Of a stretch of 64,000 nt of DNA, positions 1 to 8,986 are shown piece after piece. The stretch's first letter is position 1. Every line of letters starts with the position of its first letter. The stretch covers positions 143-64,142 of the forward strand of contig CALNBJ010000039.1 in NCBI GenBank assembly GCA_937874175.1, in the 5' to 3' direction. The DNA comes from an uncultured Bacteroidales bacterium. GTDB taxonomy: Bacteria; Bacteroidota; Bacteroidia; Bacteroidales; P3. Both the position numbers and the translations under genes were made by a program. The notes below the pieces were generated by a model. The model was not told the DNA's origin. It saw only the letters and a list, made by a program, of their open reading frames with translations, and ran no database searches.

Positions 1-541
1 AAGCTTTTCTTTCAAATCCAAACATTCCTGCAATTATATTAGTCGGGAAACGTCTAAGTTTTGAATTGAAAGCATTAATTATATCAGCAAATTTTTGTCT
101 TTCAACAGCAATTCTGTTTTCTGTTCCTTCAAGTTGTGATTGAAGTTCCAAAAAGTTTTGATTTGCTTTTAAGTCTGGATAGCGTTCAACAACCACCATA
201 AGTCTATCTAAAGAAGACTTTAAAGCTGCTTGACTTTGTTGATATTTATCCAAACTTTCTTGAGTTAAGTTATTAGGGTCAACCTTTGAACTTGAAGCAA
301 AATTTCTTGCATTAACAACATCTGTAAGAGTTTCTTTTTCGTGAGAGGCATAACCCTTAACAGTATTAACCAAGTTGGGAATTAAATCAAGACGTCTTTG
401 ATATTGACTTTCCACCTTAGACCATTGTTGTGAACATGCTTCATCTTTCTTTACTAATCCATTATAGGCAGTAATAACCCATATAGCGATTATAGCAATA
501 ATTCCAATTATAACTATAATATTGATTGGTTTTTTTCTCAT
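1..541 (-). CDS. lemA: LemA family protein; C-terminal end runs off the left window edge
   Basis: Absent from the ORF track because it is open at the window edge. Reverse translation from the ATG at 541 gives MRKKPINIIVIIGIIAIIAIWVITAYNGLVKKDEACSQQWSKVESQYQRRLDLIPNLVNTVKGYASHEKETL. That is a TM helix plus the QYQRR-DLIPNLV-VKGYA LemA signature. It lies directly upstream of a TPM-domain gene, its usual partner. Confidence 0.8.
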   Translation of the reverse strand, partial: MRKKPINIIVIIGIIAIIAIWVITAYNGLVKKDEACSQQWSKVESQYQRRLDLIPNLVNTVKGYASHEKETLTDVVNARNFASSSKVDPNNLTQESLDKYQQSQAALKSSLDRLMVVVERYPDLKANQNFLELQSQLEGTENRIAVERQKFADIINAFNSKLRRFPTNIIAGMFGFERKA

Positions 542-602
542 TGATTTTCTTTTTAATTTGTTATTATATTGTTGTACTATTATCTACATTTATCGTTTGT
601 TA

Positions 603-1856
603 TTAGAAGCGACCGCCTCCACCTCCACCACCAGAGAAGCCACCTCCAAAACTTCCTCCAGAAAAGCCGCCTCCTCCTTTTCCAAAGGCACCTCCAGCAA
701 CAAATGCACCAGCAGTTTTTGGAATAACATAATCTTTATAATTGGAGTTACGACAGTTCTTGCAAGTGTAGGTTTTCCTTCCCATCCCATCTCTAAATTG
801 ATTTGCACTCTTAACAACACTATCCGATTCCATAAACATTGTTTTACCACCACAGAATGGGCAAATAGAATATTGAGTTAAAGCATTATCAAAAGCAAAT
901 ATATCAGCATTTCCACAATCATCGCATAACCAAACATCGTAGTCCTTTGATTTTATTTCCTCTTCAATAATTTGTTTATTTGAAAGATATTTGTCATCAT
1001 CCTTTTCATTTAATCTATGCATTGGATTATTACATTGATGGCAAATCAAAATCTTATTTCTAACCTTTGGCTTAAAATATAACTTATACCAAAGAAATAC
1101 TGTAATTAACATTATTGGGAAAAGAACACCTAAAATATACCATCCTTTAGCTGCCTTATTAAAAGCTCTTATTTTATCTTCTTTTTGAGAAATGCTATAT
1201 TTTGAATGAGCTTTTGTTGTGAAAATAAAAGCAAGAATAATAAGTGCTATTGAAAGAATTAAATAACCACTAATAAATGGAAGAAAATCATCAAAGGTTA
1301 AAGGTTTTTTTTGAGCAAATCCTTCAGTTGCGTACTCTTGATTGATTAACCGGCTTATTTCATCAATTGCTGCAATCATTCCATTATCCCAATCTCCATT
1401 CTTAAAATAAGGAGCCATAATCCTATTAACAATTTGTGTGCTTTTAGCATCAGTAATAGCTCCTTCCAAGCCATAACCTGTTCTAATAAAAACTTCTCTT
1501 CTGTCAACAACAAGCACAACAATTAATCCATTATTAGATTCCTTTTGACCAACCATCCATTTTTTAAAAAGCTGCATTGAAATCTCTCTTGCATCCATTT
1601 CTCCTGAAGATTGAAGAGCTACAACAGCAACTTGAGCAGTGGTTGCTTTCTCCAAAGAGTCAAGTTTTTGATTCAATAAATTATAAGCATTTTCAGAAAA
1701 TATATTATCTTGGTTAGATACATAGGAATTTGAAGTAGTGGTTTTGATTGGCCTTATATTGTCAATAGAAAAACTCTGGGCTATACTTTGGTTTAAAATA
1801 AGGACAAAGAAAAATAAAAGACTAAATTTTAAGGTTATATGAATAGGTTTAATCAT
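603..1856 (-). CDS. TPM-domain (YgcG-like) membrane protein with a double zinc ribbon and a Gly-rich C-terminal tail
   Basis: 417-aa ORF with a signal/TM N-terminus and a TPM-like core (AQVAVVALQS...GLIVVLVVDRREVFIRTGYGLEG). Two TM helices follow, then four CxxC pairs (CHQC, CDDC, CPFC, CKNC). The protein ends in GGAFGKGGGGFSGGSFGGGFSGGGGGGGRF. Confidence 0.7.
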   Translation of the reverse strand: MIKPIHITLKFSLLFFFVLILNQSIAQSFSIDNIRPIKTTTSNSYVSNQDNIFSENAYNLLNQKLDSLEKATTAQVAVVALQSSGEMDAREISMQLFKKWMVGQKESNNGLIVVLVVDRREVFIRTGYGLEGAITDAKSTQIVNRIMAPYFKNGDWDNGMIAAIDEISRLINQEYATEGFAQKKPLTFDDFLPFISGYLILSIALIILAFIFTTKAHSKYSISQKEDKIRAFNKAAKGWYILGVLFPIMLITVFLWYKLYFKPKVRNKILICHQCNNPMHRLNEKDDDKYLSNKQIIEEEIKSKDYDVWLCDDCGNADIFAFDNALTQYSICPFCGGKTMFMESDSVVKSANQFRDGMGRKTYTCKNCRNSNYKDYVIPKTAGAFVAGGAFGKGGGGFSGGSFGGGFSGGGGGGGRF

Positions 1857-1906
1857 TTTAATTTAATATTAAGTAATTTGAAGAGCAAAGATATAAAGAA
1901 AATTCT

Positions 1907-1914
1907 TAGTTTTG
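1907..1914 (+). promoter_or_regulatory. Bacteroidota-type -7 promoter box TAGTTTTG upstream of trxB
   Basis: Exact match to TAnnTTTG, 37 nt upstream of the preferred trxB ATG at 1951. Confidence 0.5.
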
Positions 1915-1950
1915 CAGATTGTTAGAAAGAAAATTTTATTATATAATTGT

Positions 1951-2889
1951 ATGAATACGGAAAAAGTAAAATGTTTAATCATTGGCTCCGGTCCTGCTGG
2001 CTATACCGCAGCAATTTATGCTTCAAGAGCAAATCTTAACCCAATTGTTATTGACGGAATGCAACCAGGAGGACAGCTTACCATTACAACAGAAATTGAT
2101 AATTTCCCTGGTTATCCAAATGGAACAACTGGAGTAGAAATGATGGAAGATTTGAAAAAACAAGCTGAGAGATTTGGAACTAAAGTTGTTAATGATGTTG
2201 TTACTAAGGTTGACTTTGAAAAATATCCATTAATTGTTGAAACTGATTCAGGAGTTGCTTATGAAGCTCAAACTGTTATTATTGCAACTGGTGCTTCTGC
2301 AAAATGGTTAGGTTTAGAATCAGAAGAAAAGTATAGAGGAATGGGAGTTAGTGCATGTGCAACTTGTGATGGATTCTTCTATCGTAATTTGGACGTTGCT
2401 GTTGTTGGAGGAGGCGATACTGCTTGTGAAGAAGCATCCTATTTGGCTCAATCTTGCTCTAAGGTTTATTTGATTGTAAGACGTGATGTTTTAAGAGCCT
2501 CTATTGCTATGCAAAAGAAAGTTCTTGATAACCCAAAAATAGAAATTCTTTGGAATCATAAGCCAATTGAAATTTTAGGAGATATGACTGGAGTTAATGG
2601 AATTATGCTTGAAAACACAAAAGATGGAGGCTTAAAACAAATTGAGCTTTCTGGAGTTTTCCTTGCAATTGGACATCATCCAAATTCAGATATTTTTGTT
2701 CCTCAAATTGAAGTTGATGAGCAAGGATATATAATCACTAAAAATGGAACTACTCACACAAATATTGAAGGAGTTTTTGCAGCAGGTGATATTAGAGACA
2801 CAACGTATCGTCAAGCAATTACTGCAGCTGCAAGTGGTTGTATGGCTGCAATTGATGCCGAAAGATTCTTAAGCGAAAAAAATATTTAA
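1951..2889 (+). CDS. trxB: thioredoxin-disulfide reductase
   Basis: GSGPAGYTAAIYA FAD motif, redox-active CATCDG, GGGDTACEEA NADPH motif and C-terminal FAAGD. The start was moved to the internal Met (MNTEKVKCLIIGSG) because a -7 box lies inside the longer ORF. Confidence 0.9.
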   Translation: MNTEKVKCLIIGSGPAGYTAAIYASRANLNPIVIDGMQPGGQLTITTEIDNFPGYPNGTTGVEMMEDLKKQAERFGTKVVNDVVTKVDFEKYPLIVETDSGVAYEAQTVIIATGASAKWLGLESEEKYRGMGVSACATCDGFFYRNLDVAVVGGGDTACEEASYLAQSCSKVYLIVRRDVLRASIAMQKKVLDNPKIEILWNHKPIEILGDMTGVNGIMLENTKDGGLKQIELSGVFLAIGHHPNSDIFVPQIEVDEQGYIITKNGTTHTNIEGVFAAGDIRDTTYRQAITAAASGCMAAIDAERFLSEKNI

Positions 2890-2890
2890 G

Positions 2891-4723
2891 TTGAAAATAA
2901 GAAGACCAGTATTTTTAATTGCATTTGTTTTTCTTATTCCCTTTTTGAGCATAGCTCAAGACAAAAAGGAGAAAGAAAAAACAATTGTTATTGATACTGG
3001 TCTTACTTTTACTCGATACACAACCCTCCCTTTAAGGAACCAACCCTTTCAATTGATTGACAAAACAATTGATGAGATAAGGCATGTGAATGCGGTTTAT
3101 AGAATAGAGAATATGTTTTATCAGCAACTCTCCACTGAGGGTTCACCACATAAGCCTCTTTTATTTCAACTTTCCGATTTACTTTCTTTTAATTACCAAC
3201 CCAGTGTTTATAATGCTGTAAAGTTTACAAGAGAGAATATTAAGTTCTACAATGTCTTTAAACCTTACTCCGAATTAAGATATTCTAATACTTTAAATAC
3301 CTCTCGCTATTTCTCTGTAATTCATGCTCAAAACATTTACAAAAACATTCACTTAGGTTTTCAATATGACGTTAACTACACAACTGGTTCTTTTGACAAG
3401 AGTCAAATTATGAATCAGTTCTTTAACGCAACCCTTCGCTTTAAAAACAAAAAAGAAACCTATGAAGGATATTTGGGATTCGTTAGAAATAGAGCGATGC
3501 AAAATGAAAGTGGAGGTCTAAAATCCGATTCTTCTTTTGCTGCTGGGGAGTTCTCTTCTCTCAATGCTTATCCTGTCAATTTAAGTATGGCTTACTCTAA
3601 ATGGAAATCTGTTGATGCTTTTTTGGTTCAAAAGTTTAATTTTGGCAAACTAATTAAGGATAGTTCAATTATAAGTAACCTCTCTTTGGTTCATGAACTC
3701 TCCTATTTTTCTAATGCAAGGCTTTATGTGGATGCAAATCCAATGGAAGGCTTCTACCAAAATTTCTATTTTGACACCTTAAAAACAAACGATTCTCTTT
3801 CAACTCAAAGAATCCAAAACTCACTTTCCCTTAGGAATGAAAAGACTATACCTTTTGAAATAGGAATTAAGCACGACTATGTTCTTTTTGCCGATTCTTT
3901 AAACAATGAAAGAAGTTCCAATTTCACTCCTTTCGTTAATTTAGGATTAGATGTAAGTGGCTTTAAATTAAACTTTCTTGCAGAATACATAATCTCTAAC
4001 AATAGGTATAATGAGGATTTCCAAATTGGAGGTAATGTTGAATTTAAAAATCTTTATGCAAACCTTAGGTTAATGAATAAGAGCGTTGATTATTTCTACA
4101 ATCGCTATTGGACAAATAACTTTAAGTGGGAGAATGATTTCTCTAAAACAAAGATGTTTAACACCAATTTGGGTTATAACCACAAAGAAAAGTTCGCAGT
4201 CAATATTGGATATTTCCTTTTAAATGATTTGGTTTATATTAACAATAACCTATTGCCTCAACAAACCAGTAAACCAACCTCAATCATTCAAGCATCACTT
4301 TTGCATAATCTTAAGCTTGGTATTTTTAATCTAAAAGGCGTAATGACTCTTCAAAAGCTATCTTCTGAAGAAGCAATAAGAGTGCCAGTTTTTCAAGCTA
4401 AACAAGGAATAAGCATAAACTTTAAGATGTTTAATCAAAAACTCCAAACCCAAGTAGGATTCGATTTCAGATATAATACATCCTATTTTGCTGATAGCTT
4501 TATGCCAGCAATGGGTGCTTTTGTTCAACAAGATAAAGTTAAGATTGGCAATTATTTATTTGCAGATTTCTTTGTTCAAGCACAAATTGACAGGGTGAAA
4601 TTCTTTGTTGCCCTTTGTCATCCTTATGCAGGAGTCTTTGGAAATGAATATTACCTAACTCCACACTACCCTTCCGAAAAGCTAAACCTTCGTTATGGAG
4701 TAACATGGATGTTCTTCGACTAA
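2891..4723 (+). CDS. putative outer-membrane beta-barrel protein (porin-like, function unknown)
   Basis: 610 aa with a TTG start and an N-terminal signal peptide (FLIPFLSIAQ). Alternating aromatic/hydrophilic beta-strand pattern throughout; ends in an aromatic-rich strand WMFFD. Confidence 0.5.
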   Translation: MKIRRPVFLIAFVFLIPFLSIAQDKKEKEKTIVIDTGLTFTRYTTLPLRNQPFQLIDKTIDEIRHVNAVYRIENMFYQQLSTEGSPHKPLLFQLSDLLSFNYQPSVYNAVKFTRENIKFYNVFKPYSELRYSNTLNTSRYFSVIHAQNIYKNIHLGFQYDVNYTTGSFDKSQIMNQFFNATLRFKNKKETYEGYLGFVRNRAMQNESGGLKSDSSFAAGEFSSLNAYPVNLSMAYSKWKSVDAFLVQKFNFGKLIKDSSIISNLSLVHELSYFSNARLYVDANPMEGFYQNFYFDTLKTNDSLSTQRIQNSLSLRNEKTIPFEIGIKHDYVLFADSLNNERSSNFTPFVNLGLDVSGFKLNFLAEYIISNNRYNEDFQIGGNVEFKNLYANLRLMNKSVDYFYNRYWTNNFKWENDFSKTKMFNTNLGYNHKEKFAVNIGYFLLNDLVYINNNLLPQQTSKPTSIIQASLLHNLKLGIFNLKGVMTLQKLSSEEAIRVPVFQAKQGISINFKMFNQKLQTQVGFDFRYNTSYFADSFMPAMGAFVQQDKVKIGNYLFADFFVQAQIDRVKFFVALCHPYAGVFGNEYYLTPHYPSEKLNLRYGVTWMFFD

Positions 4724-4729
4724 GGAAAT

Positions 4730-5131
4730 CTATCTTTTGTTTTTCAATTCAGCCTTATAAAATTTTAGACCAATCATTTCTTTTCTCAACTTCCTTTCTG
4801 ATTTGAAAGCAATCTTTTTAACCTTTATCCTACTTGGCTTACACTCCTCTTCTGTATCAAATCCTTCTGAAGTTAATGAAAGACTAAATGTCCCAATACC
4901 ATCTAATTTGACGTTATAGCCCAATTTCAACTTTGTTATAATAATATTTGACAATCCTTTCAAAGCCCCAACCATATCTGCTTCAGTAAAACTGCTTGAC
5001 TCAGAAATTTCTCTTGCCAAATCTTCTGTAGAAAAATGCCCTGCTGAAACTGCATTAGGATAAAACTTTGTTTGTTCAACACCGTCTTTGTCAATAAATA
5101 CTTTTTTAGTAATACTATAGTATCTTCTCAT
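4730..5131 (-). CDS. HU-like (HU_HIG-type) histone-like DNA-binding protein
   Basis: 133 aa. The segment DLAREISESSSFTEADMVGALKGLSNII...VKLDGIGTFSLSLTSEGF is the Bacteroidota HU-fold pattern. It is a paralog of the ORF at 40512-40937. Confidence 0.7.
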   Translation of the reverse strand: MRRYYSITKKVFIDKDGVEQTKFYPNAVSAGHFSTEDLAREISESSSFTEADMVGALKGLSNIIITKLKLGYNVKLDGIGTFSLSLTSEGFDTEEECKPSRIKVKKIAFKSERKLRKEMIGLKFYKAELKNKR

Positions 5132-5247
5132 GATATAATATATTTTTATATTTTTAATTTGCCATTAATTCAGATATCATTTCTTTAATTTCAAATTCCA
5201 TCAAAATTAAATCTTGACTTAAGTTTAAAACTCTTGATATTAGGCTA

Positions 5248-5255
5248 CAAAGATA
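5248..5255 (-). promoter_or_regulatory. -7 promoter box (TATCTTTG on the minus strand) for the HU-like gene
   Basis: The plus strand reads CAAAGATA, so the minus strand matches TAnnTTTG. It lies about 115 nt upstream of the start at 5131. Confidence 0.45.
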
Positions 5256-5331
5256 AGAAAATAATTTGACAAAACCTCGTTTAAATTTCCAAAAATGCTA
5301 TAAAAATTTCATAATATAGCACATTAATATT

Positions 5332-5413
5332 AGTAAGGTGGCACGATACTTTAGTAATGTGCCATGTTACTATAAGTATGGTGGCACGATACTCAAGTAA
5401 GGTGGCACCTTAT
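5332..5413. repeat. phased palindrome array, locus 1 (4 units, 21-22 bp period)
   Basis: The four units are AGTAAGGTGGCACGATACT, TAGTAATGTGCCATGTTACTA, AAGTATGGTGGCACGATACT and AGTAAGGTGGCACCTTAT. Unit centres fall at about 5341, 5362, 5384 and 5405. Confidence 0.85.
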
Positions 5414-5551
5414 GAAAATTAAACTTGATTTAAATAAGCCAAAACCCTTTAAAAATAAGGCAAAACAACGATTAGTAAAAACTATACAAAGAAAAACACC
5501 CTAAAAGATTAATTTTTTCACCCAAAATAGCCGTTATATGAAAAATTATAG

Positions 5552-5559
5552 TAATTTTG
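5552..5559 (+). promoter_or_regulatory. -7 promoter box TAATTTTG for the riboswitch-btuB transcript
   Basis: Exact TAnnTTTG match a few nt upstream of the riboswitch P1 stem. Confidence 0.5.
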
Positions 5560-5563
5560 CCTC

Positions 5564-5728
5564 GTTATTGGTTCTTTTTGGATTAATAGGGAATTAGGTG
5601 TGAATCCTAAACAGTCCCGCTGCTGTAAGCTCCTTTAGATAAGCAAGCATTACTTCTTTTGCCACTGAATTTATATTGATTTGGGAAGGCAGAATGCTTG
5701 GGAGTAAGTCAGAAGACCTGCCAATAGT
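5564..5728 (+). ncRNA. cobalamin (B12) riboswitch
   Basis: Conserved core AATAGGGAATTAGGTGTGAATCCTAAACAGTCCCGCTGCTGTAAG, then GCCACTG...GGGAAGGC. The B12 box is AGTCAGAAGACCTGCC. P1 pairs TATTGG (5566-5571) with CCAATA (5721-5726). A TonB-dependent receptor gene lies immediately downstream. Confidence 0.9.
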
Positions 5729-5774
5729 GTTTATTAACTTTTTATGTACTCTCGAGGAAAGAGTCTAAAATATT

Positions 5775-7787
5775 ATGATTAGAACATTTTTATCAGGTTT
5801 ATTACTCTTTGTATTTTTGTCGCCACTAATTTCATTGGCTCAAGAAAAGGATTCCATTAAAAGCATTATGCTTAATGAGGTGAAAATTACTGATTCCTTT
5901 TCCAAAGACTCTCTTTCCAAACAATCTTCCTCCGCTTTAGATTCAACAGTTATTAAAAAAATACCTTTTATTTCTGTTGGCGATATGGCAAAGTATATTG
6001 CTGGGGTTAGCGTAAGGGATTATGGTGGTGTTGGTGGATTAAAGACAATTTCTGTTAGAGGTTTGGGCTCAGGACATAGTGCTGTGGTTTACGATGGAGT
6101 TAGTGTTACTGATTTTCAAACTGGTCAGGTTGACTTGGGTAAGTTTTCTTCTGGAAACATTAAAGCAATTAATCTATTTAATGGTCAATCCTTCTCAATG
6201 CTTCAAACTGCAAGAGCCTTAGCCTTTGCAAATGTGTTTTTAATTGAAACTCAAAAACCACTGTTTGATAGCTTGCAAAGAATAAATGCATCAATTAAAA
6301 CTTCTTATGGCTCTTTTAATTATGGTAATTTGGGTTTGAATTTGGCTTATAAAGTAAATAATATATGGACTTCGTGGTTGGATTTGGATATTCAAAACAC
6401 AAAGGGGAATTATCCTTATTTGCTTCGTTATGGATTTGGTGAAAATGACTCTACATCAAAGGAAATTAGACAAAATTCCGATTATTTTGGGTTTAGAGGA
6501 GAATGGAATGCCTTTGCAAGCTTCAATTCTAAAACGGATTTAAAGCTAAAAGCCTATTATTTCTATTCTGAAAGAGGTTTACCAATGAGTACAACTCTCT
6601 ACTATTTGAATTCTTCACAAAGACTTTGGGATGAAAACTTCTTTTTGCAGAGTATATTCACACATAACTTCAATAAACGTCTTTCTTATCGCAATCATGC
6701 AAAGGCACTCTACTCTTTCTCCCATTTTCTTGACCCAAAAACCTTAAATCTTTCGGGTTTCCAAAGCGATAAATATTATCAAAGGGAATATTATTTGAAT
6801 AATGTTGCTTCCTATTTACTTGTGAAAGATTTAACTTTAGCTCTTAGCAACGATATTTTTCTTAATAATTTAAATGCTCCTTCTTCATTCTATTCAAAAG
6901 CAAATAGAACATCTTCAATCTCTGCCTTAAGTCTGCTTTTAAATAATTCCAAACTTCTAATCAATGCTAATATTTTGCACAACTATGTTTTGGATTATGA
7001 AGATAAGGAAAAGACTCAAAAAACTCAAAGCCACTTCTCTCCTTTTCTTTCAATTGGTTACACGTGGGAAGAAACCTTTACCATAAGTGCATTTTATAAG
7101 GATGTATTTCGAATGCCTTCCTTCAACGATTTATATTTTAACAGGGTAAGTTTTGCATCACTTGAGCCAGAAAAAGCCAAGCAATGGAATATTCATACAG
7201 AATTTTCTAAGAAGTTTGATTCTTACAAATCAAGTTTTATTTCTCTTTCCATTGATGCCTATTATAATAATGTAGAAGATAAAATTATTGCCGTTCCTCA
7301 AAGAAATTTATTTGTTTGGTCAATCATTAATTATGGAAGAGTTGAAATAAAAGGATTGGATATTCAATCTTCTTTCAGAACTTACCTTCCTTTTTCTTTG
7401 GATTTAAACCTTAGGGCAACCTATTCCTATCAAAAAGCCACGGATGTTTCAAATCCAAACGCACTAACCTTTAATCATCAAATTCCTTATACACCTATTC
7501 ACTCAGGTTCATTCTTTTTGAATATTACTCATCCATTAATAGACCTTGCATACACCATTAATTTTGTGGGTAAACGCTTTGCTCTTGCTGAAAACATTGA
7601 TAGAAATATGCTAAAGCCCTATCAAGACCACTCAATAACACTTTCTAAGGATTTCTTTTTGAAAAATAATAAGATAAATATAGGCCTATCTTGTCTTAAT
7701 TTGTTTGGAGTGCAATATGAGGTAGTTCGCAACTATCCAATGCCCCAAAGACAATTTCGTATAAACTTAAAATTAGATTTAAAATGA
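5775..7787 (+). CDS. btuB: TonB-dependent outer-membrane receptor, BtuB-like (cobalamin uptake inferred from the riboswitch)
   Basis: 670 aa with a signal peptide and a plug-domain pattern (ISVRGLGSGHSAVVYDGVSVTD). The rest is a long beta-barrel. It is preceded by a B12 riboswitch. Confidence 0.8.
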   Translation: MIRTFLSGLLLFVFLSPLISLAQEKDSIKSIMLNEVKITDSFSKDSLSKQSSSALDSTVIKKIPFISVGDMAKYIAGVSVRDYGGVGGLKTISVRGLGSGHSAVVYDGVSVTDFQTGQVDLGKFSSGNIKAINLFNGQSFSMLQTARALAFANVFLIETQKPLFDSLQRINASIKTSYGSFNYGNLGLNLAYKVNNIWTSWLDLDIQNTKGNYPYLLRYGFGENDSTSKEIRQNSDYFGFRGEWNAFASFNSKTDLKLKAYYFYSERGLPMSTTLYYLNSSQRLWDENFFLQSIFTHNFNKRLSYRNHAKALYSFSHFLDPKTLNLSGFQSDKYYQREYYLNNVASYLLVKDLTLALSNDIFLNNLNAPSSFYSKANRTSSISALSLLLNNSKLLINANILHNYVLDYEDKEKTQKTQSHFSPFLSIGYTWEETFTISAFYKDVFRMPSFNDLYFNRVSFASLEPEKAKQWNIHTEFSKKFDSYKSSFISLSIDAYYNNVEDKIIAVPQRNLFVWSIINYGRVEIKGLDIQSSFRTYLPFSLDLNLRATYSYQKATDVSNPNALTFNHQIPYTPIHSGSFFLNITHPLIDLAYTINFVGKRFALAENIDRNMLKPYQDHSITLSKDFFLKNNKINIGLSCLNLFGVQYEVVRNYPMPQRQFRINLKLDLK

Positions 7788-8881
7788 AAAAAACAAAATG
7801 GATTTTAGCTTTAATTCTTTTAGGATTAAGCTTTGGATTTTCTTCCTGCACGGATGAAAACGATAATAATAATGATAATCCTTCCACTACAGAGAATCTT
7901 CCAAATGGAGTCTTTGTTCTATGCGAAGGAAATGACGGAATGAATAATTCTGCCTTAGTTCACTACAATTTACAAAATAATGAAGTGATAGATATCTTCG
8001 ATAAGATAAATAATCAAGGCTTGGGAGATTTGGGAAATGATATGGAATTGTTTGGAGATAAACTTTTTATTTCAGTAAAAGGCTCTGCAAGTGTAAATGT
8101 TTTAAACAGCAAAACTGGAAAATTGATTAAAAGAATTCCAATTGTTGATGAGCAGGGAGCAAACAGAAAACCTTCACGCTTAACTCAAAGTTCCTCAATG
8201 GTATATTTATGTACAGTTGATGGTTATGTGCTTGAAATTAATCCTCAATCTCTTTCAGTTGGAAGAAAGGTTAAGGTTGGTCGTAATCCAGAAGATATTT
8301 GCTATTTGAACGGAAATCTTTATGTTACTAATTCAGGAGGATTAGATTGGAACACTCCTATTGGTTACGACAGAACTGTTTCTGTTGTAGATGCTCAGTC
8401 AATGACCGAAACTAAGAAAATTGATGTTGGTTTAAATCCTGCTTTCATTAAACCAATTGCAAATAATCGTATTGGGTTAATTGTTAGAGGAAATTATAAT
8501 GACATTCCAACTGCTTTTGTTACAATTAACACCACAACAAATGAAGTTGAATCTACAAATAATATTGAAATGAGTAATTTTGATGTTATTGGGAACAACA
8601 TTCTTTATGTTAATTACGACTATATTGCAATGCAATCAAGTATTAAAACTTATAACTACACAACAAACACTTCAACAGACTTTATTACAACTCCAAATAT
8701 TCTTTCTCAAATAATGAGTCCTTATGGCGTAAATGTAGATAATAACTATAATGAAGTTTATTTGACAGATGCAACAACATTTTCAACAAGCGGAAAAGTT
8801 TTTGTATTTGATATTAATGGTGGTTTTAAATATTCTTTCACTACAAGCAATATCCCTTCCATTGCCTTAAGATTGGAATAA
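7784..8881 (+). CDS. YncE/DUF5074-like beta-propeller surface lipoprotein, BtuG-like candidate
   Basis: Lipobox FGFSSC. GVFVLCEGNDGMNNSAL and YVTNSGG repeats are typical of YncE-like propellers. It overlaps the btuB stop by 4 nt (ATGA), suggesting translational coupling. Confidence 0.6.
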   Translation: MKKTKWILALILLGLSFGFSSCTDENDNNNDNPSTTENLPNGVFVLCEGNDGMNNSALVHYNLQNNEVIDIFDKINNQGLGDLGNDMELFGDKLFISVKGSASVNVLNSKTGKLIKRIPIVDEQGANRKPSRLTQSSSMVYLCTVDGYVLEINPQSLSVGRKVKVGRNPEDICYLNGNLYVTNSGGLDWNTPIGYDRTVSVVDAQSMTETKKIDVGLNPAFIKPIANNRIGLIVRGNYNDIPTAFVTINTTTNEVESTNNIEMSNFDVIGNNILYVNYDYIAMQSSIKTYNYTTNTSTDFITTPNILSQIMSPYGVNVDNNYNEVYLTDATTFSTSGKVFVFDINGGFKYSFTTSNIPSIALRLE

Positions 8882-8986
8882 CCTCCATATAATTTATTAA
8901 AATAAAGAGTAATTTGATTATTGCTTTTAAATATTTTTGCATACTTTTGCAATAATCATTTAAAGTAATAATCAAATTCTTTTTTT

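Noticed and set aside
522-881. 119-aa plus-strand ORF, together with the 87-aa minus-strand ORF at 590-853, overlapping the 3' end of the TPM gene.
   Set aside because: Both are low-complexity read-throughs of the GGNGGN repeat that encodes the Gly-rich tail of the TPM protein in another frame or strand. They have no start context and no motifs.
5412-5507. Mini-ORFs beginning MKIKLDLNK (31 codons here) and MKFKLGLNK (18 codons at 25217), next to arrays 1 and 3.
   Set aside because: Similarity stops after 8 codons and the lengths differ. The conservation looks like a nucleotide motif (AAACTTGRTTTAAAT) rather than a peptide. This is kept as part of the array findings, not called as a CDS.
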